Shown in pieces: positions 37,013 through 50,093 of a DNA stretch of 64,000 nucleotides. Positions within the stretch are counted from its first letter, which is position 1; each line of letters begins with the position of its first letter. The translations under genes were made by a program, and so were the position numbers. The stretch comes from Octopus vulgaris (Eukaryota). The notes under the pieces are model-generated. The model made no database searches. It worked only from the letters and a program-made list of their open reading frames with translations, and was not told where the DNA came from. The stretch spans positions 29,264,001 to 29,328,000 of the forward strand of contig OX597822.1 of assembly GCA_951406725.2 (NCBI GenBank), read 5' to 3'.

Positions 37013-37888
37013 TATTATTATTATTATTATTATTATTATTTTGAAAATCATCATCATTGTTGTCATATGAAAGCACAGCAGGTTTGGTTTCCAGGGTATT
37101 AGCTCTTATCTAATTGGACAAGATAATTTGTACTGGTCTTCATGTTTAATTAAGAAAATATTTGGGTCAGTATGTGAAGAGTTAAACCACAAAACTGATT
37201 CAAACTTCCAAGTCTCTAGTTTGTCTCAGACATCAACAAACCGAAAATATATTCTTAATAATAAGGCATGTTAGGCAAAAAAAAAAACAACAAAAAAAAA
37301 ACCCAACTTTTAAGTATCTTTGGTTATCTTCACAGAATGAATTAATTTGAAACACTTATGAATGTAGTATTTAAGTGTTGTTCATTATACCAGACTATGT
37401 AAAAGGATCCATTATAGTTGAAACGGAATAGTTTGTGAATGATCCACTCTGACTCACTGTGCTTGTCTTTCTATCTCACATTCACCCACTCACCCTTGTT
37501 ATCTCTCTCTCTCTCTCATTCACTCACTCACTGCCTCTTTAGCTCTCTCTCTCTCTGGAGAGACAGACAGATTGTGAGAGTATTTAGTGCAAGAAATTTT
37601 ATTGCTAGATATCATTCTTTTACACAAGTTGATGTCATTGGTTGTCATCATTGTGGTTCCACTTCTACTTTTCCAGGCTTTCCATTTACTGATTGGGTTT
37701 TTTGAGGCTGTGTCTTACAGACTAATGCCCTTCCTTTTAGTGCCCTGTCTAATTAGCTCTTACAACAAGCAGCCCAGCCAGGATACACAATGGTGTTGAT
37801 ATCATCATTTAATGTCCACTTTTCTATGCTTGCTTAAAATCAAATGGAGTTTGTTGAGGCAGATTTTCCCATAGCTAAGACATGCTTT

Positions 37889-38300
37889 GGATCTTTTCGG
37901 TTTGAACAGCAGTTTTTTCTAGCAGTGTCATATGAAATTGTCACCCATAATTGTGACCCTAGTATCGATCTATTGCATTTCAATCTATTTTAGGGTTAGG
38001 GGTGAGGGAAGGGTATCTTTTTTTCTTCAGAAATGTAAATAAACCCAATCTGTTTCTTAAAAACGAGGGACATATTCATACAGCACAGAATGTTTTCACC
38101 TCAATAGACGTCATTGATTGGTTGAAATTGCAGAAATTGAAGAAAAAAACAACAAATTACTCACAAACTATAGAATTTTCTCAATAAAGCCAAGAGAAAA
38201 AGATGTTTTATAAACACATTCTACCAGTATACAAAGTTTAAAAGTGTTTAGTTACGTGGAAATTATTTAAAAAAAACTGCCGTTCAAACCAAAAAGATCC
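37889..38300. mobile_element. Non-autonomous DNA transposon with 8-bp TSD (Merlin-like termini)
   Basis: TIR ggatcttttcggtttgaacagcagtttttt / aaaaaactgccgttcaaaccaaaaagatcc; TSD catgcttt at 37881-37888 and 38301-38308; superfamily is inferred. Confidence 0.85.
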
Positions 38301-38497
38301 CATGCTTTTCATGGAAGACTGGAAATGATCAACTTGGCCTGCTCATTTGCAACCATCACCTTATATCTAGACAAGGGTATACATTAACACACACACACAC
38401 ACACACACATGCACATACAAACATACACACACACATGCACATACATACACACACACCCACACATGTGTATGTGTGTGTGTGTTTCACTCTTTGTTTC

Positions 38498-38711
38498 TGT
38501 GTTCAGTTATAATAAAAACAATTTTACATTATTCTAATGGGTAACTCTATACTCTTGTAGAGTACAAGTTTATTATTCTTATACAAAGATGTTGTTGACA
38601 GTAACTTTGAAGTTTTGGCCAGCTAAACCATTGTCAGACTGTCTGACGATAGATTAGCTGGCTGAAACTGTGAAGTCACTGTCAACAACATTCTTGTATA
38701 AGAATAATAAA
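38498..38711. mobile_element. Penelope-like inverted-repeat element with hammerhead motif on both strands
   Basis: Palindrome 38569-38711 centred at 38640; left extension shared with the 41361 copy. Confidence 0.7.
38637..38683 (+). ncRNA. Type-I hammerhead ribozyme motif (core intact, stems diverged)
   Basis: gactgt CTGACGA t agattagctggct GAAA ctgtgaag TC actgtc; the minus copy gives perfect stem I gacagt/actgtc. Confidence 0.6.
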
Positions 38712-38754
38712 TATGTGTATATATCAGTGTGTGTGTGTGTGTATATATATAACA

Positions 38755-38883
38755 ATTAGTGAAGAACCACCATGTAGCAATTCAACAATGATATAATCAT
38801 ACTACATAGAAAAAAATTAAATAAAATTAAATATACAATATTATATCATTGTTGAATTGCTTCATGGTGGTTCTTTTCTAATT
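38755..38883. repeat. Inverted repeat, about 44-bp arms with AT-rich spacer
   Basis: aattagtgaagaaccaccatgtagcaattcaacaatgatataat vs attatatcattgttgaattgcttcatggtggttcttttctaatt. Confidence 0.8.
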
Positions 38884-38974
38884 TATATACATATACATAT
38901 TATAAAATTTGATTTAGTATTACTAAATTGAATTTTTCCCTGTAAGTTTGGAATCATATTCCCTAATATTATAT

Positions 38975-39331
<357 letters not shown>

Positions 39332-39851
39332 AATATAGGCAGATTTCTTTCCTTTTCCATCTACCAGATCCATTCATCAGGTTGTAAGTTGGCATGGTGC
39401 TATAGTAGAAAACAGCTTGCCCAAGGTGCCACACAGTGGGACTGAACCTTAGACCACCTGGTTGGGAAGCAACAGATCCACACCTATGCCTGTCCATACC
39501 TAGTTACAAGCATCCCATACTAGAAAACTCTCCCTTCATCAACCGTTGAGACCACAACTTGAGACCACAAAGATTTCAGCACTTTCTCCAGTGATGCCCA
39601 GCAGCATTGGCAATGCTACCAAGGAATGTCGGGCATTGTTTTTCTTTTCATTCCATACTCTAAAACGCACTTTTACTCCACCCTTCACACAACCATCGCA
39701 CCAAACTGGGTGCAGTAGCATCTACTCCAACCTAACCATGCAGACGTTATTTTGTGTCAATTTCCGTGAAGATTTCTCTTTGTTCTGTACTCTCAGCTTG
39801 GCTTGCTCTTTCTCTCACATGTCTCTGCCTGACAGTATTTCAAAGCTCACA

Positions 39852-39882
<31 letters not shown>

Positions 39883-40096
39883 TGCATGTATGTGCCATGA
39901 ACTTCATTTGCAGGTATGTAATATGCACTTTAATGCTTTGTGTGTCAAATTGTAAACTAAATTATTACATCAGCTACCAACAGTTAATATGATCTAATAT
40001 GTACCAGAGCATAAGCATTGTTCAACCTCTCACAACTTACTTCTTCCTATACCTGCCATAGTTAACTTTGACTATTATCATATGACATGTATGTGT

Positions 40097-40167
<71 letters not shown>

Positions 40168-40171
<4 letters not shown>

Positions 40172-40398
40172 CGGCAAGCTGGCAGAAACGTTAGCAATCC
40201 GGACGAAATGTGTAGCCGTATTTCGTCTGCTGTTACGTTGTGAGTTCAAATTCCGCCGAGGTCGACTTTGCCTTTCATCCTTTTGGGGTCGATAAATTTA
40301 GTACCAGTTACGCACTGGGGTCAATGTAATCGACTTCATCCGTTTGTCTGTCCTTATTTGTCCCCTCTATGTTTAGCTCCTTGTGGGCAATAAAGATA
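40168..40398 (+). mobile_element. SINE family A within (TA)n
   Basis: Full length, (TA)n on both sides. Confidence 0.85.
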
Positions 40399-40410
40399 TA
40401 TATATATGTA

Positions 40411-40463
<53 letters not shown>

Positions 40464-40484
40464 ATATATATATATATACACACT

Positions 40485-41050
40485 TTTATTCTTTCTCTTA
40501 CTAGTTTCAGTCATTTGACTGCAGCCATGCTGGAGCATTGCCTTTAGTTGAACAAATTGACCCCAGGACTTATTCTTTGTAACCTAATACTCAATCTATC
40601 AGTCTCTTTTGCCGAACCGCTTAGGTACTGGGATGTAAACATGCATACATCAGTTGTCAAGTGATGGCGGGGTACAAACACAAAAATATATGCACATGCA
40701 CACTCATGTACGATGGGCTTCTTTCAGTTTCCATCTACCAAATCCACTCACAAGGCTTTATAGTTGGTCCGAAGTTATAGTAGTTGACTGAATCTGGAAC
40801 CATGTGGTTGGGAAGCAAATTTCTTACCATACAGCCATGCTGTGCCTTACTCTTTTACTTGTTTCAGTCATTTGACTGTGGTCATGCTGGAGCACTGCCT
40901 TTAGTCGAGCAAATCAACCCCAGGACTTATTCTTTGTAAGCCTAGTGCTTATTCTATCGGTCTCTTTTGCCGAACTGCTAAGTTACGGGGACGTAAACAC
41001 ACCATCAGTTGACAAGCGATGTTGGGGGAGGACAAACACAGACACACAAA

Positions 41051-41103
<53 letters not shown>

Positions 41104-41250
41104 GGCTTCTTTCAGTTTCCTTCTACCAAATCCACTCACAAGGCTTTGGTCGGCCCGAGGCTAAAGTAGAAGACACTTGCTCAAGGTACCACGCAGTGGG
41201 ACTGAACCTGGAACCATGTTGTTGGTAAGCAAGCTACTTACCACACAGCC
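40485..41250 (-). mobile_element. Two tandem SINE family B copies
   Basis: 40485-40845 and 40848-41250. Confidence 0.85.
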
Positions 41251-41255
41251 ATATG

Positions 41256-41313
<58 letters not shown>

Positions 41314-41360
41314 CACATATATTTATGTAATGTTATATATAATGTTAATTTTTGTTTTTA

Positions 41361-41552
41361 TGTTCAGCTATAATAAAAACAATTTTATATGAATCTGATG
41401 GATTTCTCTATACTTTGTAGCATACTAGTTTGATTATTCTAATGCAAGAATGTTGTTGACTGTGACTTCGAAGTTTTGGACTGTTAAGCTATTGTCAACT
41501 GGCTGAAATTTTGAAGTCACTATCAACAACATTCTTGCTTAAGAATGATAAA
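41361..41552. mobile_element. Second copy of the hammerhead palindrome element, centre deleted
   Basis: Matches 38498-38711; retains gacttcgaagt. Confidence 0.7.
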
Positions 41553-41869
41553 TACACACACACACACACACACATGCACACACACACACACACATGCATA
41601 CACACACAAACACACTTATTTTCATGAAAGATTGAGGAAATTGACACCTCTTGCATGACGGTAATGCTTGTTCACAACCAACTGTGATGTCAAGAGAGAG
41701 AGAAAGAGAGGGAGACTCTCCCCCCACACGTGTATATAACTGGCTTTCTTCAGTTTTCCATCTAACAAATCAATTCACAAGTCTTTGGTCAAGACACTTG
41801 CCCAAAGTTCCACACAGTGGGACTGAACCTGGAATTGTATGTGCCTCTGCCTATGTTATACAACTTTAA

Positions 41870-42088
41870 CCCTTTAGTATTTAAACCGGCCATATCCGGC
41901 CAAAATAGCTAATCTGTTTTATGTTCAAACTGACCAGATCCAGGCTCTCACACCTACCCTACAATGTTATTCTACATTAAGTAATTACACCATCAAGATC
42001 TTGAAGATATGAGATAATGCATGATTAATTCAAATCAATGGGAATCAATAAGCATTATGTTTGATAGAATAATCTGAACGCTAAAGGG
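41870..42088 (+). mobile_element. piggyBac-like MITE
   Basis: ttaa|ccctttag ... ctaaaggg|ttaa. Confidence 0.85.
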
Positions 42089-42859
42089 TTAAAACCTCGT
42101 GACACCCCTAACTACTGTATACACCACCCCCACATTGTTGCGATACTCTGTTAAAATCTACTGATGTAAACCCAAGTATATTACTGGTAATGAATTTTAT
42201 TGATTCTGGTAGGATAGAATATACTGTTCATATTTATTTGGCCCTTGAAGTTTGTGAAACAGTTAACATCCGTCGTTCTCTCTCTCTCTATATATATATT
42301 TCCTGTCGTCTCTTAAATCAGATATGCACCGTATTCAAGATCTTTTAGCTGATTGCGTGATTTCTTTAGAATTTGTTTAATCGGAAATCCAGACCTGGTG
42401 CCTTGAGTGAAGCCTTTTTCTTTTTTTTTAAAATACTTTTGAACTGTGTTTACAGATTGGAATCACATTTAACCGTCAGTGAATGTTATTGAGTCACACT
42501 TACTTTTTAAACAAACTACAGACTTGGGGTAGTCTAGATGGTAGATAAAGAGGCTGGGGTAGGATCTAGCCAGGGACCGGGTGTCAGATATTGCCTTGGT
42601 ATTTTACTAGTTAACTTTAAATAGATTTTTATTTCTTTTACTTTTTCCTCTTGGGAGGGAAAAAAGGGAAAATAACAACAATAATAATCCTTTCTATTAT
42701 AGGTACAAGGGTTGAAATTTTTGAGGAGGTGGGGGGCCAGTCGATTAGATCGACCCCAAGACATAACTGGCACTTAATTTATCGACCCTGAAAAGATGAA
42801 AGGCAGAATTTACCTCAGTGGAGTTTGAACTCAGAACATTAATAGACAGAAGATTTAAG

Positions 42860-42892
<33 letters not shown>

Positions 42893-43324
42893 AATAATCC
42901 TTTCTACTATAGGCTAAGGGCCTGAAATTCCTGGGGTTGATTTGCTGGACTAAAGGTGGTGCTCCAGCATGGCTGCAGTCAATTGACTGAAAGAAGTAAA
43001 AGAAAAGAAAGAAAGAAAATTACGTTTATTTTTTGTCTTAACCCTTTCAAGACTTCTGGGACACACATGTCCCATGAGCCAAGTCCAATCAAATCTAGTG
43101 GGAAATATTGTCTACTCTCAAACGTCATGATATCAATTCAGATTTGACTTTTATAGCTCTTTACAAGTACTGCAGCATTTTTTTTAGCAAGTTGCAACAA
43201 TGAAGGCAATTGAAAGTTGTTTTTCCCACCATAGAGAGATGCATTCACAATTCTCTTTAGAAATTGCTTTATATGAATAAGAAAAATATTTAAAAATAAA
43301 AAAAGTTTTCCTTTATGTTTAATT

Positions 43325-43730
43325 TACTCTTTACTCTTTTACTTGTTTCAGTCATTTGACTGCGGCCATGCTGGAGCACCGCCTTTAGTCGAGCAAATCG
43401 ACCTCGGGACTTATTCTTTTGTAAGCCCAGTACTTATTCTATCGGTCTGTTTTGCCGAACCGCTAAGTAACGGGGATGTAAACACACCAGCATCGGTTGT
43501 CAAGCAATGCTAGGGAGACAAACACACTCACACAAACACACACATGCATATATATATACATATATACGACAGGCTTCTTTCAGTTTCCGTCTACCAATTC
43601 CACTCACAAGGCATTGGTCGGCCCGTGGCTATAGCAGAAGACACTTGCCCAAGATGCCACGCAGTGGGACTGAACCCAGAACCATGTGGTTGGTAGGCAA
43701 GCTACTTACCACACAGCTACTCCTGCGCCT
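43325..43730 (-). mobile_element. SINE family B, full length, young
   Basis: CpG-rich complete copy. Confidence 0.9.
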
Positions 43731-44052
43731 ATTTCTGTCATTTTTATTAAAGACTTCATCATCATTGTTGAACATCAATGTTCCATGTTTGCATGGGTTT
43801 GATAAGGTCTGAAGACCTCATTCTGTTCTGATGTCTACTTGGGTAAGATTTCTTATACTGGATCCCCTTCTTGAGCCCAACCCTTCTTTTATGTCTTTAT
43901 TTTTTCTTATTTTTTGATGATGGGCTGAGTTCTGAGCCTGTTCACACTCACACATTCACACATATCTGCACGATCCTCACCCATCCAAATAGTTATGCAC
44001 CTGATGGTCAAGTTATGCACCTGACAGTCCAGTGTCATATCATAAAGCTTCT

Positions 44053-44241
44053 CTCTTTTACTCTTTTACTTGTTTCAGTCATTTGACTGCTGCCATGCTG
44101 GAGCACCACCTTTAGTCGAGCAAATCAACCCCAGGACTTATTCTTTGTAAGCCTAGTACTTATTCTATCGGTCTCTTTTCCCAAACTGCTAAGTTACGGG
44201 AACGTAAACATATCAGCACCAGTTGTCAAGCGATGTTGGGG

Positions 44242-44274
<33 letters not shown>

Positions 44275-44432
44275 CGATGGGCTCCTTTCAGTTTTCGTCT
44301 GCCAAATCCACTCACAAGGCTTTGGTCAACCTGAGACTATAGCAGAAGACACTTGCCCAAGGTGCCACGCAGTGGGACTGAACCCGGAACCATATGGTTG
44401 GTAAGCAAACAACTTACCACACAGCCACTCCT
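44053..44432 (-). mobile_element. SINE family B, full length
   Basis: Complete copy. Confidence 0.85.
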
Positions 44433-44641
44433 GTTAGCAACCAGATCATTCTGTCAAATGTAATGCTTCTTTATTCACTTTATTTTGAATTAATCATGCA
44501 TAATCTCATAGCTTTGAGATTTCAATGATGTAATCGTTCATTTTTGATATTGTAGGGTAGGTGTGGGATTCTGGATTTGGATCTGCACAGTTTGAGCATA
44601 AAAAACGGCAGAATATTTGGCATAGATACTAAAGGGTTACT

Positions 44642-45120
44642 ATCATCATCATCATCATCATCATTTAACATCTGTTGTCCATGCTGGCATGGGTTGGACG
44701 GTTTGACCATGGTTGGCAAGCTGGAACGCTGCACCGGACTCCAGTCTGATTTGGCATGGTTTCTATGGCTGGATGCCCTTCCTAATGCCAACCACTCCGA
44801 GGGTGTAATGGGTACTTTTACGTGCCACCAGCATGGGTGCCATTTGTGCGACACCAGTATCTGCTACAACTGCGATTTTACTTGGCCTGATGGGTCTTCT
44901 TCTCAAGCACAACATAATGCGAAAGGTCTCTGTAATTTGTCATTGCCTCCGCGAGGCTCCAACACTTGAAGGGAGCTTTTTACATGCCACCGGCATCGGC
45001 CACTTTGCCTCGGTGACACCCAGCACTCGAAAGGTTCTTTTTACATGACAGTTACGTGGCATCATCATTGGGCATGATTACGATTTCACTTGGCTTAATG
45101 GGTTTTCTCAAGCACAGCAT
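44642..45120 (-). mobile_element. RTE 3' end (family C)
   Basis: (ATC)n tail, family C UTR, gtgcttgagaag motif twice. Confidence 0.75.
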
Positions 45121-45702
45121 TTCACCACAGATAGTAAATAAATAGATAAGATTCAATGCAATGTTAAGTTCAGTCAACCCCTTCACCACCTTCCTGGTTC
45201 TGTCACTTACTTTTGATATATTTAAGGAAATAGCGTTACATGACTTATTTGCACTGACAAAGCTTATGGGTTAAACTTAAATTCGTACTTGATTAATAAT
45301 TGCTGATAAAAATCTTTCAGATAGATTACTTACAAGTTTGGATTTTGTTAAGATTAAAAGCTAATGCTCTTTCATGAATGAATCATACACACACACACGC
45401 ACACACAGACACACACACACACACACACACACACGTGTACTTTGATTAATTAGTACTTAATGCACTTGTTATGGCATGTCCCCCCCCCCAAATATTATCT
45501 CATCATTATCATCATCAGCTGCAGCATCATTATTACCACAATTATCTTAGAAATGATTTATTAATTAGTTAGGGAGATTTTGTTATATTGCCGACCATTC
45601 AAACTTAATCTAGCAGAGAAAAATGTATGTTAAAATGATCATGGTATGCTATGAAAAGTGGCAAAATTGGCACTGTGCGTGTGTGCTTTGTGTATTTGTA
45701 TA

Positions 45703-45739
<37 letters not shown>

Positions 45740-46619
45740 GTAGCTTTTTCTCAATTGCAAGTGCAGAATTTGAAGTCATCACAGCTGGAAACCCTCAAGC
45801 CATTTTTCAATTTATGTTAGATCTGAATGAAGGCATTTCATTATTCCCATAGAAGACACTCAGGAATATCACCAATGTAGTGGTGCCAGAGACTGAGAAT
45901 TACTGAAATTAGGACCTAAAACAGTGGTTCTCAAATCATGTTCTGCATTGCTGCAGATTTTGTTTTGGGTGGCCGATGTGTGTGTGTGTGTGTGGGGGGG
46001 GCTTCTTGGTAACAGGAAGGGCATCTGGCCATAGAAAATCTCCCTTAACAAATTTCATCTGAAGCATAGAAAAGTGAGCATTAAATGATGATGATGAGAT
46101 GGGGTTTAAAAAAATGACCATTGTAATTCTTGAGCACCTTAAAAAAAATGTTATTTTTTTACGCATGTTTGTGTGTTTGTTACACATGATTCTGTGTTGG
46201 TTCATTTTGCTTAACACTTTAGCATTCAGATAAGTTTGTCAAGTCTTTTGCTTATTTATACACATTGTTTTAAATCAGGAGTGGGGAACCCCCCACTCAG
46301 CAAGCACATTGGCTGATATACTCGTATATACAAAATATCGCTAAATGAATAAGAGTGATAATTATACAGAGCGCTATAGAGTGAAACAGAATTGAACATT
46401 TGTATTCTTAACTTTAACTGATTTGTATTCTCAACTTTAAGCAAATATTGCAAATATTCACACTGACTCTCACACACACATTCATACAAACACACACACA
46501 CACACACATGGCTTCTTTCAGTTTCACTCACAAGGCATTGTGAGGGAATTTGGTCGAAGGAAACTGATGATTAAAACAAGGCACACAATAGGTTTTTTTT
46601 CTTTTAATACAATTTTTAA

Positions 46620-47011
46620 AAGGCGGCGAGCTGGCAGAAATGTTAGCATGCTGGGCGAAATGCTTAGTGGTATATCATCGTTGTGAGTTCAAATTCCGCC
46701 GAGGTCGACTTTGCCTTTCATTCTTTTGGGGTCGATAAATTAAGTACCAGTTATGCACTGGGGTCGATGTAATTGACTTAATACCTATGTCTGTCTTTGT
46801 TTGTCCCGTCTATGTTTAGCTCCTTGTGGGTAATAAAGAAATAGGTATTTCGTCTGTCTTTATGTTCTGACATTAAATTCTGTTGAGGCTGACTTTGCCC
46901 TTCATCCTTTCGGGGTTGATAAATTAATACCAGTTGCGTACTAGGGTTGATCTAATCGACTGACACCCCTCCCCAAAAGTTTTGGGCCTTATGCCTAGAA
47001 TAGAAAAGAAA
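46620..47011 (+). mobile_element. SINE family A dimer (long-tail unit plus short-tail unit)
   Basis: Junction aaagaaata|ggtatttc at about 46835-46851. Confidence 0.85.
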
Positions 47012-47437
47012 ATAATTTTTAATTGAGAACATTTAAAAAAAAAAAAATTTCCATACAAAGTACAACTTGTTATATTAAACTTTCAATACTAAGTACAACC
47101 AATAATTCTTATCTTTCCTTATGAAATGCATCAGTAACTTTTATTCACTTGATCTTCAGTGTGCCATGACATCGAAAATATTGAGAATCACTAACCCAGA
47201 TAATAGGAATCGTTCACCTCCACTGAGAAGCGATTACTCATCTGTTTCATTTTTCATAATTCTGCAGAAATTGGGGCATAAATATTTTAACTTTTATAGA
47301 ACATTAAATAAAAACTAGAGCTCAAAGAAACTAGCAGTGGTCTTCTTCATCAGTGAAATTAATTTTGATATTAAAACTATTCCTTCTTTATGTTTCATGC
47401 CTACATGTTTTAGCAGCCAAAGGATTATGAATAAAGC

Positions 47438-47995
47438 TTCTTCTTGAGTCATAGAGACTCACAGAGCTGGTTTGGTTGAGGCACATGGCCTAGTCGTTAA
47501 AGCAGCTGACTCGCGATTGAGGGATCGTGGGTTCGAATCTCAGACTGGGCGATGTGTGTGTTTACGAGCGAAACACCTAAGCTCCACACGGCTCCGGCAG
47601 AAGGTAATGACGAACTTCTGCTGACTCTTTCGCCACAACTTTCTCTCACTCTTTCCTCCTGCATCTTGTAGCTCACCTGCGACGGACCAGCGTCCCGTCC
47701 AGGTGGGGAACCTATACGCCAAGGAAACCAGGAAACCAGCCCTTATGAGCCAGGCATGGCTCGAGAAGGAACAAACAAACAGAGCTGGTTTCTTGGATTC
47801 TGTGATGTATATATTTCCCCTCTGGATTGGATGCTGGTCTGTTGCAGGAATACCCATTTTTACCAGCTGAGTTGACTTGAGCAATTGTAAAATGAAGTGT
47901 TTTGCTCAAGAATTCAATGTCTCACCCAGTCCAAGAATCGAAACCACAATCTTATGATCATGAGTCCAACACTCTAACCACTAAGCCAGACACCT
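47438..47995 (-). mobile_element. tRNA-derived SINE family E, interrupted
   Basis: Minus strand tggcttagtggttagagtgttggactcatgatc...gtttcgattc, CORE-like cttgagcaaaacacttcattt; related pieces at 53730-53866 and 48084-48202. Confidence 0.75.
47474..47778 (+). mobile_element. SINE family D (tail 2) nested in SINE E
   Basis: 13-bp TSD acagagctggttt at 47461-47473 and 47779-47791; B box gggttcgaatc. Confidence 0.9.
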
Positions 47996-48384
47996 TCATT
48001 TAGCAATCATATTTACTACTTTATTTAAGCCCTTCACTTTCTAACTGTGGAGAACACCACATCATAACAGATACCCAGCAGGACATTGTTTTCTTGAGCA
48101 AGGCACTTTATTTCACATTTCCCTAGTCCACTCAGCTGGCAAATATGAGATATACCTGTAATTCAAAAGGGCCGGCCTTGTTACGTTCTCTGTCACACTG
48201 AAAGGGATGATGAGACATGTTGTCATTATTGTCATTATTATCATTGTCATCGTCATCATTGTCATCGTTATCATCGTTATCATTGTCATCATCATCATCA
48301 CCATTTAATGACTGTCTTCCATGCTGGCCTGGGTGGAAGAATTTGACAGGATCTAGTGAGCCACAAGGATATGTAAATCTCTAG

Positions 48385-48568
48385 CTGATGACAGTCAAGG
48401 TTGATCTGGAACCCAACCTAGGACCCCATATCTATGGCGGTTGGAGATCACGTGATTGTTAGCCTCAAATTGCCAGGCCTGGTCAGTGTTTGTGAGAGAT
48501 GCAGCATTGAGGATGAATGAAGCCAGCTCACTCCACCCCAGGTGAATGCTCTCAAGTCAAGTCAGTCA
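48385..48568 (+). pseudogene. RTE-clade LINE 3' fragment (second family)
   Basis: TVKVDLEPNLGPHIYGGWR.../CQAWSVFVRDAALRMNEASSLHPR*, caagt-repeat tail; 11-bp TSD taaatctctag at 48374-48384 and 48569-48579. Confidence 0.75.
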
Positions 48569-50093
48569 TAAATCTCTAGTGTCGGCTTTTGTATGATTTC
48601 TGTGGTTGGATGTCCTTCCTAACGCCAACCACTTTACAGAGTGTACTGGGTGCTTTTTTTGCATGCCACTGACACGTGTGAGGTCACCAAGTAACTAGCA
48701 AAACATGAAAAGTTGATGACTAATGAATCTAGATCTTATCTTTGGTTTCTATAGAAATTAAGTGGAATGCAATTAAAATTTGTTTCCAATTTTGGAAATC
48801 CTCTTTCCTAATAATCTGTTTTGAAGCATACTTGTGTCTCTTATATGGAATGTGAACCTGTACTCTAGCCATCAGAGGCATACTAACACTACCAGTTTAA
48901 TAGTACATTGTTACAGTTTCAGTTCACATGTACAAATAAATGCGCAGTGTCATTTCGAGGAAAATTGCAAAGCCAGATTTTTGTATCGCATAAAAATCTT
49001 GAATCACAATATTTTCTGTTTATCTTTCTCTTGTTCCTGTTTTGTGACACACCTTCATTAAAAATACTTTTGTCTTGACTCTGTATCGGCATATCTTCAG
49101 ATTTCCATATCACATATGTTTCCTGTAAAACAATATTAAAAATCTATCTAACCCCGCTCAGCCCTCCCATCCTTCTCATTCTTCAACAAAACAACCCTTT
49201 GCTCTCTCTCTCTCTCTCCCACACGAAAAGCAACAACAACTGTAACAACAACAACAAACTACCCTGTCTCTGATCAATTTCGCAAATGTTTGACCCCTAA
49301 GTTCATCTTAATATTTACTTTAGTTATCTTAATCTATACTTTGTTTTGGATTCAAATGTTGTAAATTTTGGTTTAGGGGTCTTGGTCAAAAATGGAATAA
49401 TGTTTCCAAAATTTAAGGCGTTGTCCTTGCAATGGCTTATTTTGATTTCTAGAATTATAATGTTTTTTTTTTGTAGAGAATTTTTTTTCAGAATCTATAA
49501 TGTATGGCTTTGTCTGATTTCCTCACATATTAAATATCTTTTTCTCCCCCACCCTGTATCTCTGCTTCATCTATCTCTTTCCAACGCTGTTTAATTTCTA
49601 CATCGGCTCAACTCCCAAAGAACTATTCTTCTGTCTCTCTCTGTCTGTTTGTCTCCCTCTCTCTCCCTCTTGTAGTTATTATCATTATCATAACCATTCT
49701 GTTCTTTTTTTACCTCCTCCCCATCCCTCTTTATTCTAAACATCTGTATGGCGTTAACCCTATTTCTGATATAGGCCAACATCTGCTTGGCATTAACCCT
49801 GTTTTATGTAGGTCAATCCAATTAGCCTATTTGCATTTCTTTTATAGGAGAGAGAATGTTTGTTATAAGGTATAACCATACTGATGTGCTAATCCAAACA
49901 AGACCCTGTTTTATTTTATTCTGTTTTTAAATGGGAATGCTTATATGCTGCCTTTTTAAAAATATTTTAGTTATCACTTGGAGAAACAGAATTTAAGAAT
50001 AATGACTTAACACAAGACACTTTCTAATTATATTTTCATAATGGTATGAAACATCCACTGTATATATATATGTATGTATGTATATATATATAT

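Noticed and set aside
37991-38009. Interstitial telomere
   Set aside because: Only about two TTAGGG units, located inside a MITE.
39546-39992. 148-aa ORF in partly unique sequence
   Set aside because: Non-ATG start, runs into (TG)n, no recognisable domain; may be an unidentified repeat fragment.
48385-48412. CTGATGA...GAA as a hammerhead
   Set aside because: Lies in an RTE coding remnant; no GAAA, stem III or stem I. The same applies to CTGATGA at about 2833.
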